DNA of 64,000 bases from Promethearchaeota archaeon (GCA_029838195.1 JALGVJ010000004.1:1-64000), one strand, 5' to 3'. Counted from the stretch's first letter, positions 9,999 through 20,635 are shown. Translations and numbers: made by a program. Notes: generated by a model from the sequence alone, not told the origin.

Positions 9999-10244
9999 AT
10001 GGTAAAATTAAACACTTCAAAAGGCTCCGTAATGGAGGACATGTCCATTCCTGCCCAAGTTATCGAAATTATAGGGCGAACCGGCATGACCGGAGAAATC
10101 AGTCAAGTGAAGGTCCGAATTTTAGAAGGTCCTGATAAAAATCGGATCTTGACGAGAAATGTGAAGGGACCAATCATGGAAAATGACATAGTGATTCTAA
10201 GAGAAGTGGAACGAGAAGCGCGGAAATTGCGAAGGGGCAGGTAA
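9999..10244 (+). CDS. rps28e: 30S ribosomal protein eS28
   Basis: [25 protein letters not shown]...RNVKGP; the start could alternatively be the ATG of MEDMS. Confidence 0.96.
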   Translation: MVKLNTSKGSVMEDMSIPAQVIEIIGRTGMTGEISQVKVRILEGPDKNRILTRNVKGPIMENDIVILREVEREARKLRRGR

Positions 10245-10421
10245 GAGTAAATATTTAATTTTTTTAATTTATTGGATAAAAATCATCAAGAGGAGATAGC
10301 TCTTAAATTCTATTTAGCTCTTTTTGGCGAATTTTTTTTATTTTTAATTTCTTTAGAAGAAAGGGTTATTTCCCATATAGAAACATGAATTTCATGACTA
10401 ATTTAATTATAACGCTCAAGT

Positions 10422-11096
10422 TCAGGATCGTTCTTCTTTTTTAACATATCTTCCTCTCGTTTCTATTACAGAAACATTTTTTATTATTTGCTTAAACTCT
10501 TTAAATCCTAACTTTTCACTTTTCTTTGCATATCCTTCAAGAAAATAGTTAAAGCCTTTTTGGAAGACTTTTCCATGGGAAGAAAGAAGAACTCTTTTAA
10601 ATAAATGAAGATCTACGCTTTTATCCTCAATAGTATCGGAATATTCATGTAATCCAAAATCCAGCAAGAAAAGAGATTCGTTTTTTGTAACTATTATGTT
10701 AGACGTCGTGATGTCTCCATGAACATGTCCATTAAAATGGAGAAGAGCAATCATTTCTCCTATTTTAGTGAAATACATTTTTAATTTATCCTCGGATAGA
10801 ACATCTACGATGTCCCTTAATTTAATTCCTTCAATGAATTTCATGACAATGATGAAATTTTTCGTATCTATTTCATATACTTGAGGGACATTTACCCCTA
10901 ATTCTTTAATTTTAATGAGAGCTCGTGCTTCATTTAACGTGCGAGAAATCCTTATCCTCCGATCTAATTTCTCAATACGATATTTTTTGGGGATTCTGTG
11001 TTTAAAAATCACCTTTCTTCCAAACCAATATCCCTGAAATAAAGTAGCTTCAGCCCCTTTGCTTATAATCTCTTGTTTTTTTGCTACTGCATTCAT
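10422..11096 (-). CDS. bud32: KEOPS complex kinase/ATPase Bud32
   Basis: KGAEA, RTLNEAR, HGDITTSN, LDFGL, EDKSVDL, ETRGRY; ATG 11096 just after the kae1 stop chosen as start. Confidence 0.95.
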   Translation of the reverse strand: MNAVAKKQEIISKGAEATLFQGYWFGRKVIFKHRIPKKYRIEKLDRRIRISRTLNEARALIKIKELGVNVPQVYEIDTKNFIIVMKFIEGIKLRDIVDVLSEDKLKMYFTKIGEMIALLHFNGHVHGDITTSNIIVTKNESLFLLDFGLHEYSDTIEDKSVDLHLFKRVLLSSHGKVFQKGFNYFLEGYAKKSEKLGFKEFKQIIKNVSVIETRGRYVKKEERS

Positions 11097-11097
11097 T

Positions 11098-12105
11098 TCA
11101 TTCGCTCCTCCATGGAATGGGAATGTTATCCATTCTTTCTTTGGGTTTAATAATGGTTTGATCAAGCTCATCTCCGCCGCGAGCTTGATATTGTAAAATT
11201 CCGGTCCATGCGATCATGACCCCATTATCCCCCGCATATTTTAAAGGTACCACGTGGAATTTAGCATCATGTTCCATGCTAATATATTCAATCATTTCTT
11301 GTAATCGCTTATTTGCTGCGACACCTCCCGTCAGTAAAACCTCTTCTTTCTTCGTGTGTGCTAATGCTCGCTCCGTGACTTCTGTAAGCATGGCAAATGC
11401 TGTTTCTTGAAGGGAATAAGCGATATCTTCTAAGTTATATTTTTTATTAAACTCTTCAGCCATGATTAAATGTTTTGTTGCAGTGTATAAGCCCGAAAAA
11501 GAGAGATCCATTCCTTTCACTACATACGGAAGCGGAAGGTAATTTTTAGAATTTAACGCTAATTGTTCAATTTTAGGGCCACCAGGATGAGTTAAGCCCG
11601 CATCGCGCGCGAAAGAGTCAAGCATGTTTCCAATGGGTAAATCTAACGTCTCTCCAAATATTTGATATCTTCCGGATTCAAAAGCACTTACGATGGTATT
11701 ACCTCCAGAAACATATAAAGTTAAAGGATCATCTACTTTACACATCAAGCGTCCAATTTCAACATGAGCTATGCAATGATTTACTCCCACGATAGGAATG
11801 TCATACAATTGACTCAACGTTCTCGCTATTAAAGCACCAATCTTTAGGACAGGACCTAATCCCGGGCTTTGACTAAAAGCAATTAAATCAATCTGGTTTA
11901 ATGAGATATGGGCACTCCGTAATGCTTTCAAAATTATTTCCTTGAAATTATTCATGTGGTGCTCTCTCACTTGGACGGGATGTAAGCCCCCAACTTCAGG
12001 AATATATACATTATTAATGGATGCTCTTACAATCCCTTTAGAATCTATTATCCCTACACCAAAAGTATGCGCTGTTGATTCTATTCCTAAAGCTATAATT
12101 TTCAA
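11098..12105 (-). CDS. kae1: KEOPS t6A transferase Kae1
   Basis: LGIESTAHTFG, VNHCIAHVEIG, YVSGGNT, GETLD, GGVAAN, DNGVMIAW; TTG start. Confidence 0.97.
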   Translation of the reverse strand: MKIIALGIESTAHTFGVGIIDSKGIVRASINNVYIPEVGGLHPVQVREHHMNNFKEIILKALRSAHISLNQIDLIAFSQSPGLGPVLKIGALIARTLSQLYDIPIVGVNHCIAHVEIGRLMCKVDDPLTLYVSGGNTIVSAFESGRYQIFGETLDLPIGNMLDSFARDAGLTHPGGPKIEQLALNSKNYLPLPYVVKGMDLSFSGLYTATKHLIMAEEFNKKYNLEDIAYSLQETAFAMLTEVTERALAHTKKEEVLLTGGVAANKRLQEMIEYISMEHDAKFHVVPLKYAGDNGVMIAWTGILQYQARGGDELDQTIIKPKERMDNIPIPWRSE

Positions 12106-12811
12106 TCCCTCAAAGAATCATGAATAATTACGGACGACTAAAAAAAGGACTCTCAAGAAAAAAATAAATGTTTAATTGATAAAAAGAAGTATGGAAAAAA
12201 TTTTTTTGGAATTTGTAAATTCAAATAAAGTCAAAAAGACGTTATTTAATTTAGATTATACGTGCTTCAGATAATCTTCTATTATGAATTGAAAATGATT
12301 TAATCCATTTTAAATCTCAATTTATTCAAAATTGAGGGTACTAAAAACCTTTTTCCTAAAATATTTAACAAATTATTTGAATTTTACAAGGAAAATCATG
12401 AAGAAATCTTAACCAAGATTAATTTTTAAAAATTCTTCATCCAATATTCTATCTAGATCCCCTTATTTATGATTTTTTCATACCTATTAAAAAATTATAG
12501 CTTCTTTTTTGGATAAAATTAACAAATATTCTCAATTTCAGTTATAAGGCGTTTAAAATTAACGCTTATTGAAAAAATAAAAAAAGGATAAAACATGAAA
12601 ATGAGGAAAGAAAATTTAGATAAAAAATTTGAAGAGGTTTTACAATCCAAAAATATCGAATGAATTGATATAGGAGCGAAAGGATTGAATAATTTCATTA
12701 ACATGAGATTTACATTTTTAAACTAATATCTCTATAAAGAGCGTATTTTTTTTTTTCAAGAGAAAGAAGAAATGAGATTTTTAAGAAAATGAACGTACGT
12801 GGAAAATTTAT

Positions 12812-13021
12812 TCACTTTGATTTCGTTCTTCTCCTGGGTGTTCTTTTTACCACTTTTTTAGTAGTTGTCTTTTTCTCTTTTCTCTTAAATATCGTATATT
12901 TGCAATTACCACAATGATATCTGTCGTAATGATTTGCCATGAACACGGATGGCCCACAAACTGGACATGTCCTGTGTGTTCGAATTAATTTTCCATCTTC
13001 AATTTTATAAAATTTTGACAT
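12812..13021 (-). CDS. rps27ae: 30S ribosomal protein eS31 (S27ae), not ubiquitin-fused
   Basis: [22 protein letters not shown]. Confidence 0.95.
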   Translation of the reverse strand: MSKFYKIEDGKLIRTHRTCPVCGPSVFMANHYDRYHCGNCKYTIFKRKEKKTTTKKVVKRTPRRRTKSK

Positions 13022-13050
13022 TTTCTGACCTTAGATAAGGGAATTTATCT

Positions 13051-13407
13051 TTATTGATAGTCAAATAATTCTTTATAGGAAGATCTTTTCTTCTTTAATT
13101 TATAAAGTTCTTCTCTTTTTTCTTGAGGAACATTTCTCACTTGAACGTGAAATGGTTCGTAGAATTGAAGTTCTTCAGGATCTTCATAAGCATGAACGAT
13201 TCCAATTGAATAGGCATGTCCAAAATGAGTTTTAATTTTTCTAACAATAGTCAATTTTTCTTTTGTTTGAAGTAAAGTAGCTATTTTTTTTCTAATTTCC
13301 AAGCGATTGGGCGTGCCTTGGCCAAAATGATTGATTTTGAACTTGACTTCCAGCCTATTTATCAAGGGATTTTTTTTCTTTTCAATAATTTCGATATCAA
13401 GCGACAT
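13051..13407 (-). CDS. rps24e: 30S ribosomal protein eS24
   Basis: KKNPLINRLEV, GTPNRLEIR, IKTHFG. Confidence 0.95.
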   Translation of the reverse strand: MSLDIEIIEKKKNPLINRLEVKFKINHFGQGTPNRLEIRKKIATLLQTKEKLTIVRKIKTHFGHAYSIGIVHAYEDPEELQFYEPFHVQVRNVPQEKREELYKLKKKRSSYKELFDYQ

Positions 13408-13516
13408 GCATAACCATGGTTTTATGGTGATTTTTACAATCCATTAAATTAAAGAAACATTCCATATTAAAAATTAAAAGATGGGATAAAAAATAAAATT
13501 TTTCTTTTTAAAAGGA

Positions 13517-13756
13517 ATGCTCATGAAAAAAAGCTTTGAAAAATCGGTAGAATTTATCGTGATAATGGAGAGTCTCCTCGTAATTTTTAATATTCTCTAT
13601 TATTATTGGATCAAAACAATCTTGGTTGGATTTTATTTGATCTTGTATTTTATTTCTTTATTCATGACGATTGCTTTATTAATAACCTTGCTATACATCT
13701 CATGGAAATACCGCTTAAAGAAAAGGAAAGAGCAAGCGGAAGGAAGAACTTCTTGA
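13517..13756 (+). CDS. Small two-TM membrane protein
   Basis: Fills the gap between two minus-strand genes; two hydrophobic segments and a basic tail. Confidence 0.55.
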   Translation: MLMKKSFEKSVEFIVIMESLLVIFNILYYYWIKTILVGFYLILYFISLFMTIALLITLLYISWKYRLKKRKEQAEGRTS

Positions 13757-13771
13757 GAAAAATTAATAAGG

Positions 13772-14362
13772 TCAAGCTTTATCCATTAATTTTAAAAATC
13801 TCTGAACGGTTTTCTTAATCCTTTTATCTACCACCACCATCACGATGCCTTCGGGAATGGGCGTTTCGGCGTCAGTAAGGGGAGGTTGTCCGTAAAATAC
13901 GAGATGAACTTGTTCTTTCTCTAAAGGTAGTTCCGAGATAAGGGGTAATACTAATAAGTCTTCTTCTCCCTCCGTGACCTTAATTAAATTTCTTTTTTTC
14001 GATTCTATGGCTGATTTTATACAGCACCATGCTTTTTCTTGAATCGTTCCGGCAGGGTTTTCAATTTCAATGATCGCATCAAATGCAGTAGGAGAAAATA
14101 GATCAATCTTTTTGCGCTGTGTTTTTTCATCAATAATACAGGTATGGATGAATTTTGATAAATAAGAATTTGAAAGAAAATCTTGAGCCACTATATCGCC
14201 GACCACGTGGATTTTAATATTTAAATGTGAAAACTTCTTCACGCGTTCGACTACAATGGGAATAGTGTCGGCACGGGTGCCCACGATTAATTCGCCCAAG
14301 GGCATGGAAAACATACTCCTTTTTTCTTTTGATATTTTTAGGTTTTTTTTCATCTCTCTCAA
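13772..14362 (-). CDS. GTP-dependent dephospho-CoA kinase (DUF359)
   Basis: VGDIV, IIDEKTQR, NPAGTI, GEEDLLVLP, YGQP; conserved position between spt4 and rps24e. Confidence 0.9.
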   Translation of the reverse strand: MREMKKNLKISKEKRSMFSMPLGELIVGTRADTIPIVVERVKKFSHLNIKIHVVGDIVAQDFLSNSYLSKFIHTCIIDEKTQRKKIDLFSPTAFDAIIEIENPAGTIQEKAWCCIKSAIESKKRNLIKVTEGEEDLLVLPLISELPLEKEQVHLVFYGQPPLTDAETPIPEGIVMVVVDKRIKKTVQRFLKLMDKA

Positions 14363-14486
14363 TTAAAAAGGACTATTAAATGTTAAAAACATTCACTTCA
14401 TATAAATTAAGAAGAAACTGCATTAAAAAAAGATAACAGGACTTGTAGCTATTTCTTTAATGACACGGATAAAAAAGTAAATAGAA

Positions 14487-14675
14487 TTATCGTACCCTTA
14501 GTGCATATTTTCCAGGCACGCGAATTTTCAAGTATTCCGCGATTTTTGAATCCGCAGGCTTAATTATAATGACTTCTCCGCTATAATCCTCTGATAATGA
14601 GTGTGTCTTGCATTTAGGACAAATATCTTGGTTCTTGGTTATTAAATGGCAATTTTTACACGCTTTTTCTTTCAT
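14487..14675 (-). CDS. spt4: Transcription elongation factor Spt4 (RpoE2)
   Basis: KACKNCH..CPKC..LSEDYSG.VII..SKIA..PGKYALRVR; a GGAGGTGA SD 8 nt upstream favours ATG 14675. Confidence 0.95.
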   Translation of the reverse strand: MKEKACKNCHLITKNQDICPKCKTHSLSEDYSGEVIIIKPADSKIAEYLKIRVPGKYALRVR

Positions 14676-14695
14676 GACACGATTCACCTCCTAAT

Positions 14696-15283
14696 TCAAG
14701 CTTTTTGCTCTTTTTTAATTCCTTCTTTTTGTTCTGCATATTCATCTTCAATATCTTCTTGGATCCAATCCAATTTTCCGAGAAATTTTTGCCGCATGGT
14801 TAATCCTAATTTCCCGCTTCTCCCTGTTCCTAAAGATACGGCGATTATTCGCGCTCTGACAATATCATTTACTTCCAAGACTTTTCCCGTTTCTTTTCCA
14901 ATAAATCGATTTCCAACTTGCTCGTAAGAAATAAAATCATCGCAGATTTGTGAAACGTGAATGAGGCCATCTAAAGGCCCTAATCGAAGGAAAGCACCAA
15001 AATCTACAATCTCTACGATCTCCCCCTCCACGATTTCTCCAATCATGGGCTTAAACGTGAGAATTCGAAATTCCACTTCGTGAAAGGTATTAGGATTTCC
15101 GGGAATCACAATACCTGCCCCCACATCTAAAACATCCACGACGGCAATGATGAACCCGTACTCTTTCGTGATGATCCCTTCATAATCTTCTGCTAAAATG
15201 ATCCGTGCGGAAATATCTTTCTCTTGATCAAAAAGAAAAGGGGGTATCTCGACTCTAGAAACTAATGTAAATAATTTAAAAAT
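14696..15283 (-). CDS. rpoE1: RNA polymerase subunit Rpo7 (E'), with apparent ATT start
   Basis: S1 domain GEIVEGEIVEIVDFGAFLRLGPLDGLIHVSQI; the frame stays open upstream of the tracked GTG, giving (I)FKLFTLVSRVEIPP, the typical Rpo7 N-terminus. Confidence 0.92.
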   Translation of the reverse strand: MFKLFTLVSRVEIPPFLFDQEKDISARIILAEDYEGIITKEYGFIIAVVDVLDVGAGIVIPGNPNTFHEVEFRILTFKPMIGEIVEGEIVEIVDFGAFLRLGPLDGLIHVSQICDDFISYEQVGNRFIGKETGKVLEVNDIVRARIIAVSLGTGRSGKLGLTMRQKFLGKLDWIQEDIEDEYAEQKEGIKKEQKA

Positions 15284-15640
15284 GGCACATGCACCAATAA
15301 CTTCGATAAACTATAGTTAGAGGAGGAAATGTACCATGAAATTAATATTTTTCTCTTAACATTTCATGTGTGGAAATTCAAGATAAGCCTTTAATGAACT
15401 TTTGCTAAAGATTTTAATAATGTGAATCTCACCTCATTCCATAAAGATAGCATGAAAACCAAGCGAAATATAAATTCATGCTAACCACGTGCATCATTAA
15501 TTTTGTAAATTTAACATTTATAAAAAAAGAACCCAACAAAATATTACTCATAAAAGATAATAAAATGAAATGAGAAGATTTCTATTCAGTAAAAAGATAT
15601 CACGAAAAGATGTTTATTTAATGCTTCTGGTGCTTGTTCA

Positions 15641-16015
15641 CTAAATCAATTTTGCGATCTTTTCGCATGTTCTACGACAATCCAAGAAAATTAATCCCAA
15701 TTTGACATCACTAGTCGTGGAAACTGTAAGCACTGCATTCATGCCCGCAGCTAACACGAGCAAATAGCCATCCGAGCCCTTGACGAGGAGCTGCTCAAAT
15801 TCACCTTTTTTCATCTCATGAACAGCCCTCTCGGCGAGGCTAAGCAAGGCAGCGGTCATTGCTGCAATGCGGGTCTCGTCAACATCATTTGGGAGTGCAC
15901 TTGCGATGGGAAGCCCTTCTACGCTCACGATTGCGGCAGAGATTATTTCCGGGATCCCCGTGGAAAGATTTTTTAAAATTTCTTCGAGAGTTTCAGTTGT
16001 ATCCAAATTCTCCAT
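15641..16015 (-). CDS. Roadblock/LC7 (MglB-like) protein
   Basis: AAIVSVEGLPIASALP..DETRIAAMTAALLSLAERA...VKGSDG..KLGLIF. Confidence 0.92.
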   Translation of the reverse strand: MENLDTTETLEEILKNLSTGIPEIISAAIVSVEGLPIASALPNDVDETRIAAMTAALLSLAERAVHEMKKGEFEQLLVKGSDGYLLVLAAGMNAVLTVSTTSDVKLGLIFLDCRRTCEKIAKLI

Positions 16016-16421
16016 ATTTCATGACCAGAACATAATTAGATTTATAATATTAAAAATATATGATGAGTAATAAATTAAATAATTTAATCATGTCTATTTA
16101 ATCTTTACTAAGTATACATTGTTATAATTATTATAATTTTCTTTTAAATAAACTTTATGTGATAGGTCATTTAGAAATAGGTCTTTATTCTTAATTTGAT
16201 AGTATTAGATAAATAACCTTGAACATATTAATAAGAAATTCTATAAATGCGGAGAAATTTTATTTTTTCTGGTGATAAGTTTAGAAGTCTTAATGAAATG
16301 AAAGAGATCTTTGGCAAACTTCAATTCATACATTATGAGCTTTAATTTTGTGAGCGCATTTATAACTTTTTAAAAATAAGAATATTTTAGTGGATTAAAC
16401 AGAAATTGAGAGAAGTTAAAA

Positions 16422-17999
16422 TTACTTGAAATATTTCAAGATTAATTGTTCCGTTGCTAAAAAGGGTTGAATATTGCCATTAAAATATTCTAATTCTTTC
16501 GAGAATTGTTTTTCAAAAGCCTTTGTAAATAATTCAAGTTTTTTAAACAAGACAGGTAAGATTTTGGTCGAAATTAAGGCGATAATGACATGTTTTCCGT
16601 AAGAAAAATAGATTTTTGAGCCTTCTTTATCTATTATTCTGAGATGACGCTTCTCTTTTGTAATTTCAGAAATTAGATCGATAATGCCCTTGAAACCTGA
16701 GGAGATTAAATCTTCGTTAAGAGTTTGAGTACAAATTGAAGGTGAAGGTTGAATGAAATCTTTCGCATAAAGACACGTGGAATTTTTGTAAATCACGTAT
16801 AAATTTTTTAGGGTCACCGCCCAATCAGCCTCTTTTGAGGTTAAAATTTCTGAAAGGGGCATGATCCACACTAACAAGCCAATTAATAAAAGAGAATTAA
16901 TTCCATTAATTAATTCAGGAATCCAATAAAATTGCGGATTGAGCACGTAATATAAGGTTAAAAAATATCTTAAGAGAATCCCCCCGATGAATCCAATAAT
17001 AACAAAAAGCAAAAACATACTTGTTATCCTTCCTCTATATTTGAGCGTCATTCTTTCCGTGGAAAAATCTCCCGTTAGAGTAAATAAGATAATGAAGATG
17101 ATGGGAATGGAAATTCCAAGGAAAATCTCTGAATAAAGTTCTTTAAAAATTCCTGAAAAAATGATTAAAGAAGATAAAATTAAAATACCGATAGTGAAAC
17201 TGGTTTTTCTTCCAAGATTATCCAAGCTAATTCCAGATAAGAGGAAGAAAAAAGTCAAGATTAAGATAAAAAGAGTTGGATTGATCAAGATTTTAACATC
17301 AAGAGGATATGCATTCCCCAAAACAAATCCAAGAACTAAAAAACTCATTATATATCCAAAAATGGGAGGCGTGAAAATCACATGCCAAAATCGTTTATCA
17401 CTTCTTAATCGCTCTTCCGTTTCTTTATATTCATATTGTAAGGAAATTAATAAAAGACTTAAAAAAATGAAACTATTTAAGAAGAAAATAATGATATAAT
17501 TCCTATCGGTAAAAACAATAATTAGATGGGCGCTGAGTAGGGAAAGAGAAGAAACATATCCGAGGAGTCGCCCTCTATTTAGAATGGTGGATTCGTGGGT
17601 AAGGATGGTAAGCAAATCAATTAAATACAATCCAACAAAAAAAAGCATCAAGGAATATCCAATTGTTTCAAAAATAGTTCCAAAATTAATTAATATAAAT
17701 CCTAAAAGCGTGAAAAAGGAACAAATTACGAGTAATTTCACTCTATCTTTTATTTTATCTACGATGAATCCCGAAAAGATGATAGATAATAAAATGGTAA
17801 GAAGCGAGTTTACTCCTAATATTGATAATAATTTTTCAGGATTGAAACTTAAAAAAGAGAGATATACATAATCGATGATAAACATGCTAAACAGGAAAGC
17901 TAATAAGAAATAGATGAATCCTTGGGGGGTTATTGCCATATCCCGAATGAATCCCTTGAAAAAAATTCTTCTTGCCGATAGTATAAATGACTTTTTCAT
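16422..17999 (-). CDS. MFS-fold membrane protein with C-terminal longin-like domain
   Basis: ~12 TM segments, MFS motif-A-like GFIVDKIKDR and LDNLGRK; soluble tail LYVIYKNSTCLYAKDF..DLISSGFKGI..FTKAFEKQF. Confidence 0.7.
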   Translation of the reverse strand: MKKSFILSARRIFFKGFIRDMAITPQGFIYFLLAFLFSMFIIDYVYLSFLSFNPEKLLSILGVNSLLTILLSIIFSGFIVDKIKDRVKLLVICSFFTLLGFILINFGTIFETIGYSLMLFFVGLYLIDLLTILTHESTILNRGRLLGYVSSLSLLSAHLIIVFTDRNYIIIFFLNSFIFLSLLLISLQYEYKETEERLRSDKRFWHVIFTPPIFGYIMSFLVLGFVLGNAYPLDVKILINPTLFILILTFFFLLSGISLDNLGRKTSFTIGILILSSLIIFSGIFKELYSEIFLGISIPIIFIILFTLTGDFSTERMTLKYRGRITSMFLLFVIIGFIGGILLRYFLTLYYVLNPQFYWIPELINGINSLLLIGLLVWIMPLSEILTSKEADWAVTLKNLYVIYKNSTCLYAKDFIQPSPSICTQTLNEDLISSGFKGIIDLISEITKEKRHLRIIDKEGSKIYFSYGKHVIIALISTKILPVLFKKLELFTKAFEKQFSKELEYFNGNIQPFLATEQLILKYFK

Positions 18000-18186
18000 G
18001 AAAAATACTCTTTTTCTTAATTTCGCTCGTTAATTCAAAAAATTTTATGCATTAGAAAAATTCTCATATTATATATCTATCTCGTGAGAAATGCCATATC
18101 TTACAAGAGTAAAAATCTTTTAAGAATAATAAATTTACTAACAAAATTTTCGAAGATTAATTATTGAATGAAATATTTTTGTAACA

Positions 18187-19332
18187 ATGGAGTCGTGGTT
18201 AATAGCAGACCGCATTTATTCTAATATTATTACAATCTTTTTTCTAATATTCGCATGTATTTTATTTTTCATCGCTAATAAGGGGTTTAAATCCGAAAAT
18301 CGTTATGGTGCCAGCTCCACCATCGCATGTGGCATTATTTTTATAATATTTGCGTTATATAATGCCTTTATAGGATTTTTCGTCCACCCCTTTAATGGAT
18401 TTTTAGTCTTTTGGATTGGAATCATTGCCGTGATAAATCTCATTTTTATCTTCCTCATTAAAATAGAAATTAAAAAAATCAATCAAGAAAATAATACCAT
18501 ATCAACGGAAGCAGAAAAATTAAATTCTAAATTTCGTAAATATGTGAGGTATCTCATTAGTGAAAACCCTTACAAGGAACATACATCTTTAAAAACTGAA
18601 GTAATTAGAAAATCATTTCATTTATTGGGTTTCCTTATCGTAATTGCCTATTATGGTTTTTTTTTCATACCTCCCATCACCATGCTCATTAATAATGGGA
18701 TTCTTGATTTCATTCAAGAAACACGGTACTTGTATTCAATTCTCTGGGGAGATATTTCCACGTATCCTTATGGACGCGATGATTTTCGAGCGGTGATTGA
18801 TTTAACGTTATTTATCTTAGTAGGCGCTTTATTTTTTGCCATTATCATTGATTCTATTAGAAATCTATTTGGCCCCCAATACTCCATTTTAAACATTTTA
18901 ACGAGAGCAGTTTTAAGAAAAAAAGAATTAAATTCTTCAGGACCCCAAATCCATTTAATTTCGGGCGTACTCTTTAGTTACATCTTGTATTTGATTGGAT
19001 TCGTAAGTGCCGCCGTGGTTTTTTCTGCGATTACGATTGCCTGCATATCTGACGCTTTAACCGCAGTGGTAGGTAAAAAGTGTGGAAAACATAAAGTCCG
19101 ATGTTTAAATGGTCAAATTAAATCCGTCGAGGGTTTCTCCATCGGATTTATCAGTGCGTATATTTTTGCATTGTTTTTCATGGGCCCTATATATGCCTTA
19201 ATTGCTGCGATTGTTTTCTTATTAATTGACTATTTCCCACTATATATTGCCGATAACATTTTAAACCCAATAATCCTAACGGTAAGTATTGGTTTATTTC
19301 ACGTGATAACCGGCATTCCTATTGGATGGTAA
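18187..19332 (+). CDS. CTP-dependent polyprenol/diacylglycerol kinase family membrane protein (dolichol/phytol kinase-like)
   Basis: EVIRKSFH, DALTAVVGKKCG, KSVEG, DNILNP motifs; extra N-terminal TMs. Confidence 0.8.
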   Translation: MESWLIADRIYSNIITIFFLIFACILFFIANKGFKSENRYGASSTIACGIIFIIFALYNAFIGFFVHPFNGFLVFWIGIIAVINLIFIFLIKIEIKKINQENNTISTEAEKLNSKFRKYVRYLISENPYKEHTSLKTEVIRKSFHLLGFLIVIAYYGFFFIPPITMLINNGILDFIQETRYLYSILWGDISTYPYGRDDFRAVIDLTLFILVGALFFAIIIDSIRNLFGPQYSILNILTRAVLRKKELNSSGPQIHLISGVLFSYILYLIGFVSAAVVFSAITIACISDALTAVVGKKCGKHKVRCLNGQIKSVEGFSIGFISAYIFALFFMGPIYALIAAIVFLLIDYFPLYIADNILNPIILTVSIGLFHVITGIPIGW

Positions 19333-19390
19333 ATGAGAAAAGCTATAAATTTCTAATAAAATAGTTTTAAAATTAGGAGGAATAATCATC

Positions 19391-20218
19391 ATGAGAGAAT
19401 TAATTGAGGAGTTAAAAAATATTAAATTAGCGATTTTTGATTTAGATGGCGTTATATATCGAGGTCAAAAATTAATTGGAAATGCAGATAAAGTTATTCA
19501 AGAATTAAAAGAGCATTCTATTAAAATAATTTATAATTCCAACAATTCTACCCTTTCCAGGGAAATGTACGTTGAGAGATTAAAACGATTTAACATTCCA
19601 AGCACGATTTCCGATTTTTATACCAGTGCGTATATCACAGCTGCAGAAATCAGCAAAATAAAGAAACATGCTAAAATCTACATCATTGGGGATGTAGGAT
19701 TGAAGAAAGAATTAAAACTAATGGGCCATGAAGTCATTTCCCATCCCGGTGATTATAACATGATAGATTTCGTGATTGTTGGTTTAGATGTCAAATTTAC
19801 ATATAACAAATTAGCCATTGCTCAAAAATGCATTTTGGATGGAAATGCCCAATTTTTTGCTACTAATTCTGATGCGACCTTACCTGCAGAAAACGGATTA
19901 ATGCCGGGAGCAGGAGTAATGGTTAAGGCTGTGGAAGTTTGTACGGGAAAAAAACCTGTAAAAATATTTGGTAAACCCAATCCATACGGAATCCAACTCA
20001 TATTAAACGATCATGGAATTTCCCCCGAACAAGCGTGCATTTTTGGAGATAGATTAGAAACGGATATTTTAGCGGGGAATCGTGCTGGCATCATAACCAT
20101 AGCAGTATTAACGGGGGTTTTATCAAAAAGCATGGCAGAAAAAGTTAAGGATTTGGAAGATAAACAATGCATTCCCGACTTAATCGTGAATTCCTTGGAT
20201 GAAATCTTTAAAAATTGA
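19391..20218 (+). CDS. HAD-IIA phosphatase (NagD-like)
   Basis: FDLDGVIY, SNNS, ATNSD, FGKPN, GDRLETDI. Confidence 0.93.
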   Translation: MRELIEELKNIKLAIFDLDGVIYRGQKLIGNADKVIQELKEHSIKIIYNSNNSTLSREMYVERLKRFNIPSTISDFYTSAYITAAEISKIKKHAKIYIIGDVGLKKELKLMGHEVISHPGDYNMIDFVIVGLDVKFTYNKLAIAQKCILDGNAQFFATNSDATLPAENGLMPGAGVMVKAVEVCTGKKPVKIFGKPNPYGIQLILNDHGISPEQACIFGDRLETDILAGNRAGIITIAVLTGVLSKSMAEKVKDLEDKQCIPDLIVNSLDEIFKN

Positions 20219-20635
20219 GAATTCGGTGGCCCGGATTTAAAATTTTTACTTTTCAAATTAATTATAGTTAAAATTTTCTAGTAAACTAAGTTTCAGTCAT
20301 GAATTGAAAAGCAAGCTTGATAAACAATGAAAAAAGTCCTTTTTTTGAATCTTGTTTTTATCTCCTCATATCTCACGATTTATATCCTATTAAATTCAAC
20401 TTGTTAAAAATTTTCATTATTTTCTCATAAAATTTTCAAGATTTCTTTTATTTTTTAAAAATTCTGGCTAATTAGTCATGTAAAATTCACGTCTTTGTTA
20501 AAAATGATTAAAAATAATCACGGAACCGACATATTTCAAAAACATCATTCTAATTATAATGAGATCTTTTATATTTTGAATTTTTTACTATTTAAGGACA
20601 CTAGAGTCCCATTTAGCCCTTAATAATAAATTAAT

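Noticed and set aside
11096-11171. Kae1-Bud32 fusion by frameshift (the Bud32 frame is open 25 codons into kae1)
   Set aside because: Bud32 has its own ATG 1 nt after the kae1 stop, and split genes are common; no clear slippery site or structure
12519-12730. Short ORFs in the kae1-rps27ae gap, including a + frame with an internal TGA
   Set aside because: Low-complexity AT-rich sequence with no recognisable protein or selenoprotein motif
12812-13021. Ubiquitin-eS31 fusion as in eukaryotes
   Set aside because: The ORF starts directly with eS31 and the upstream gene is rps24e
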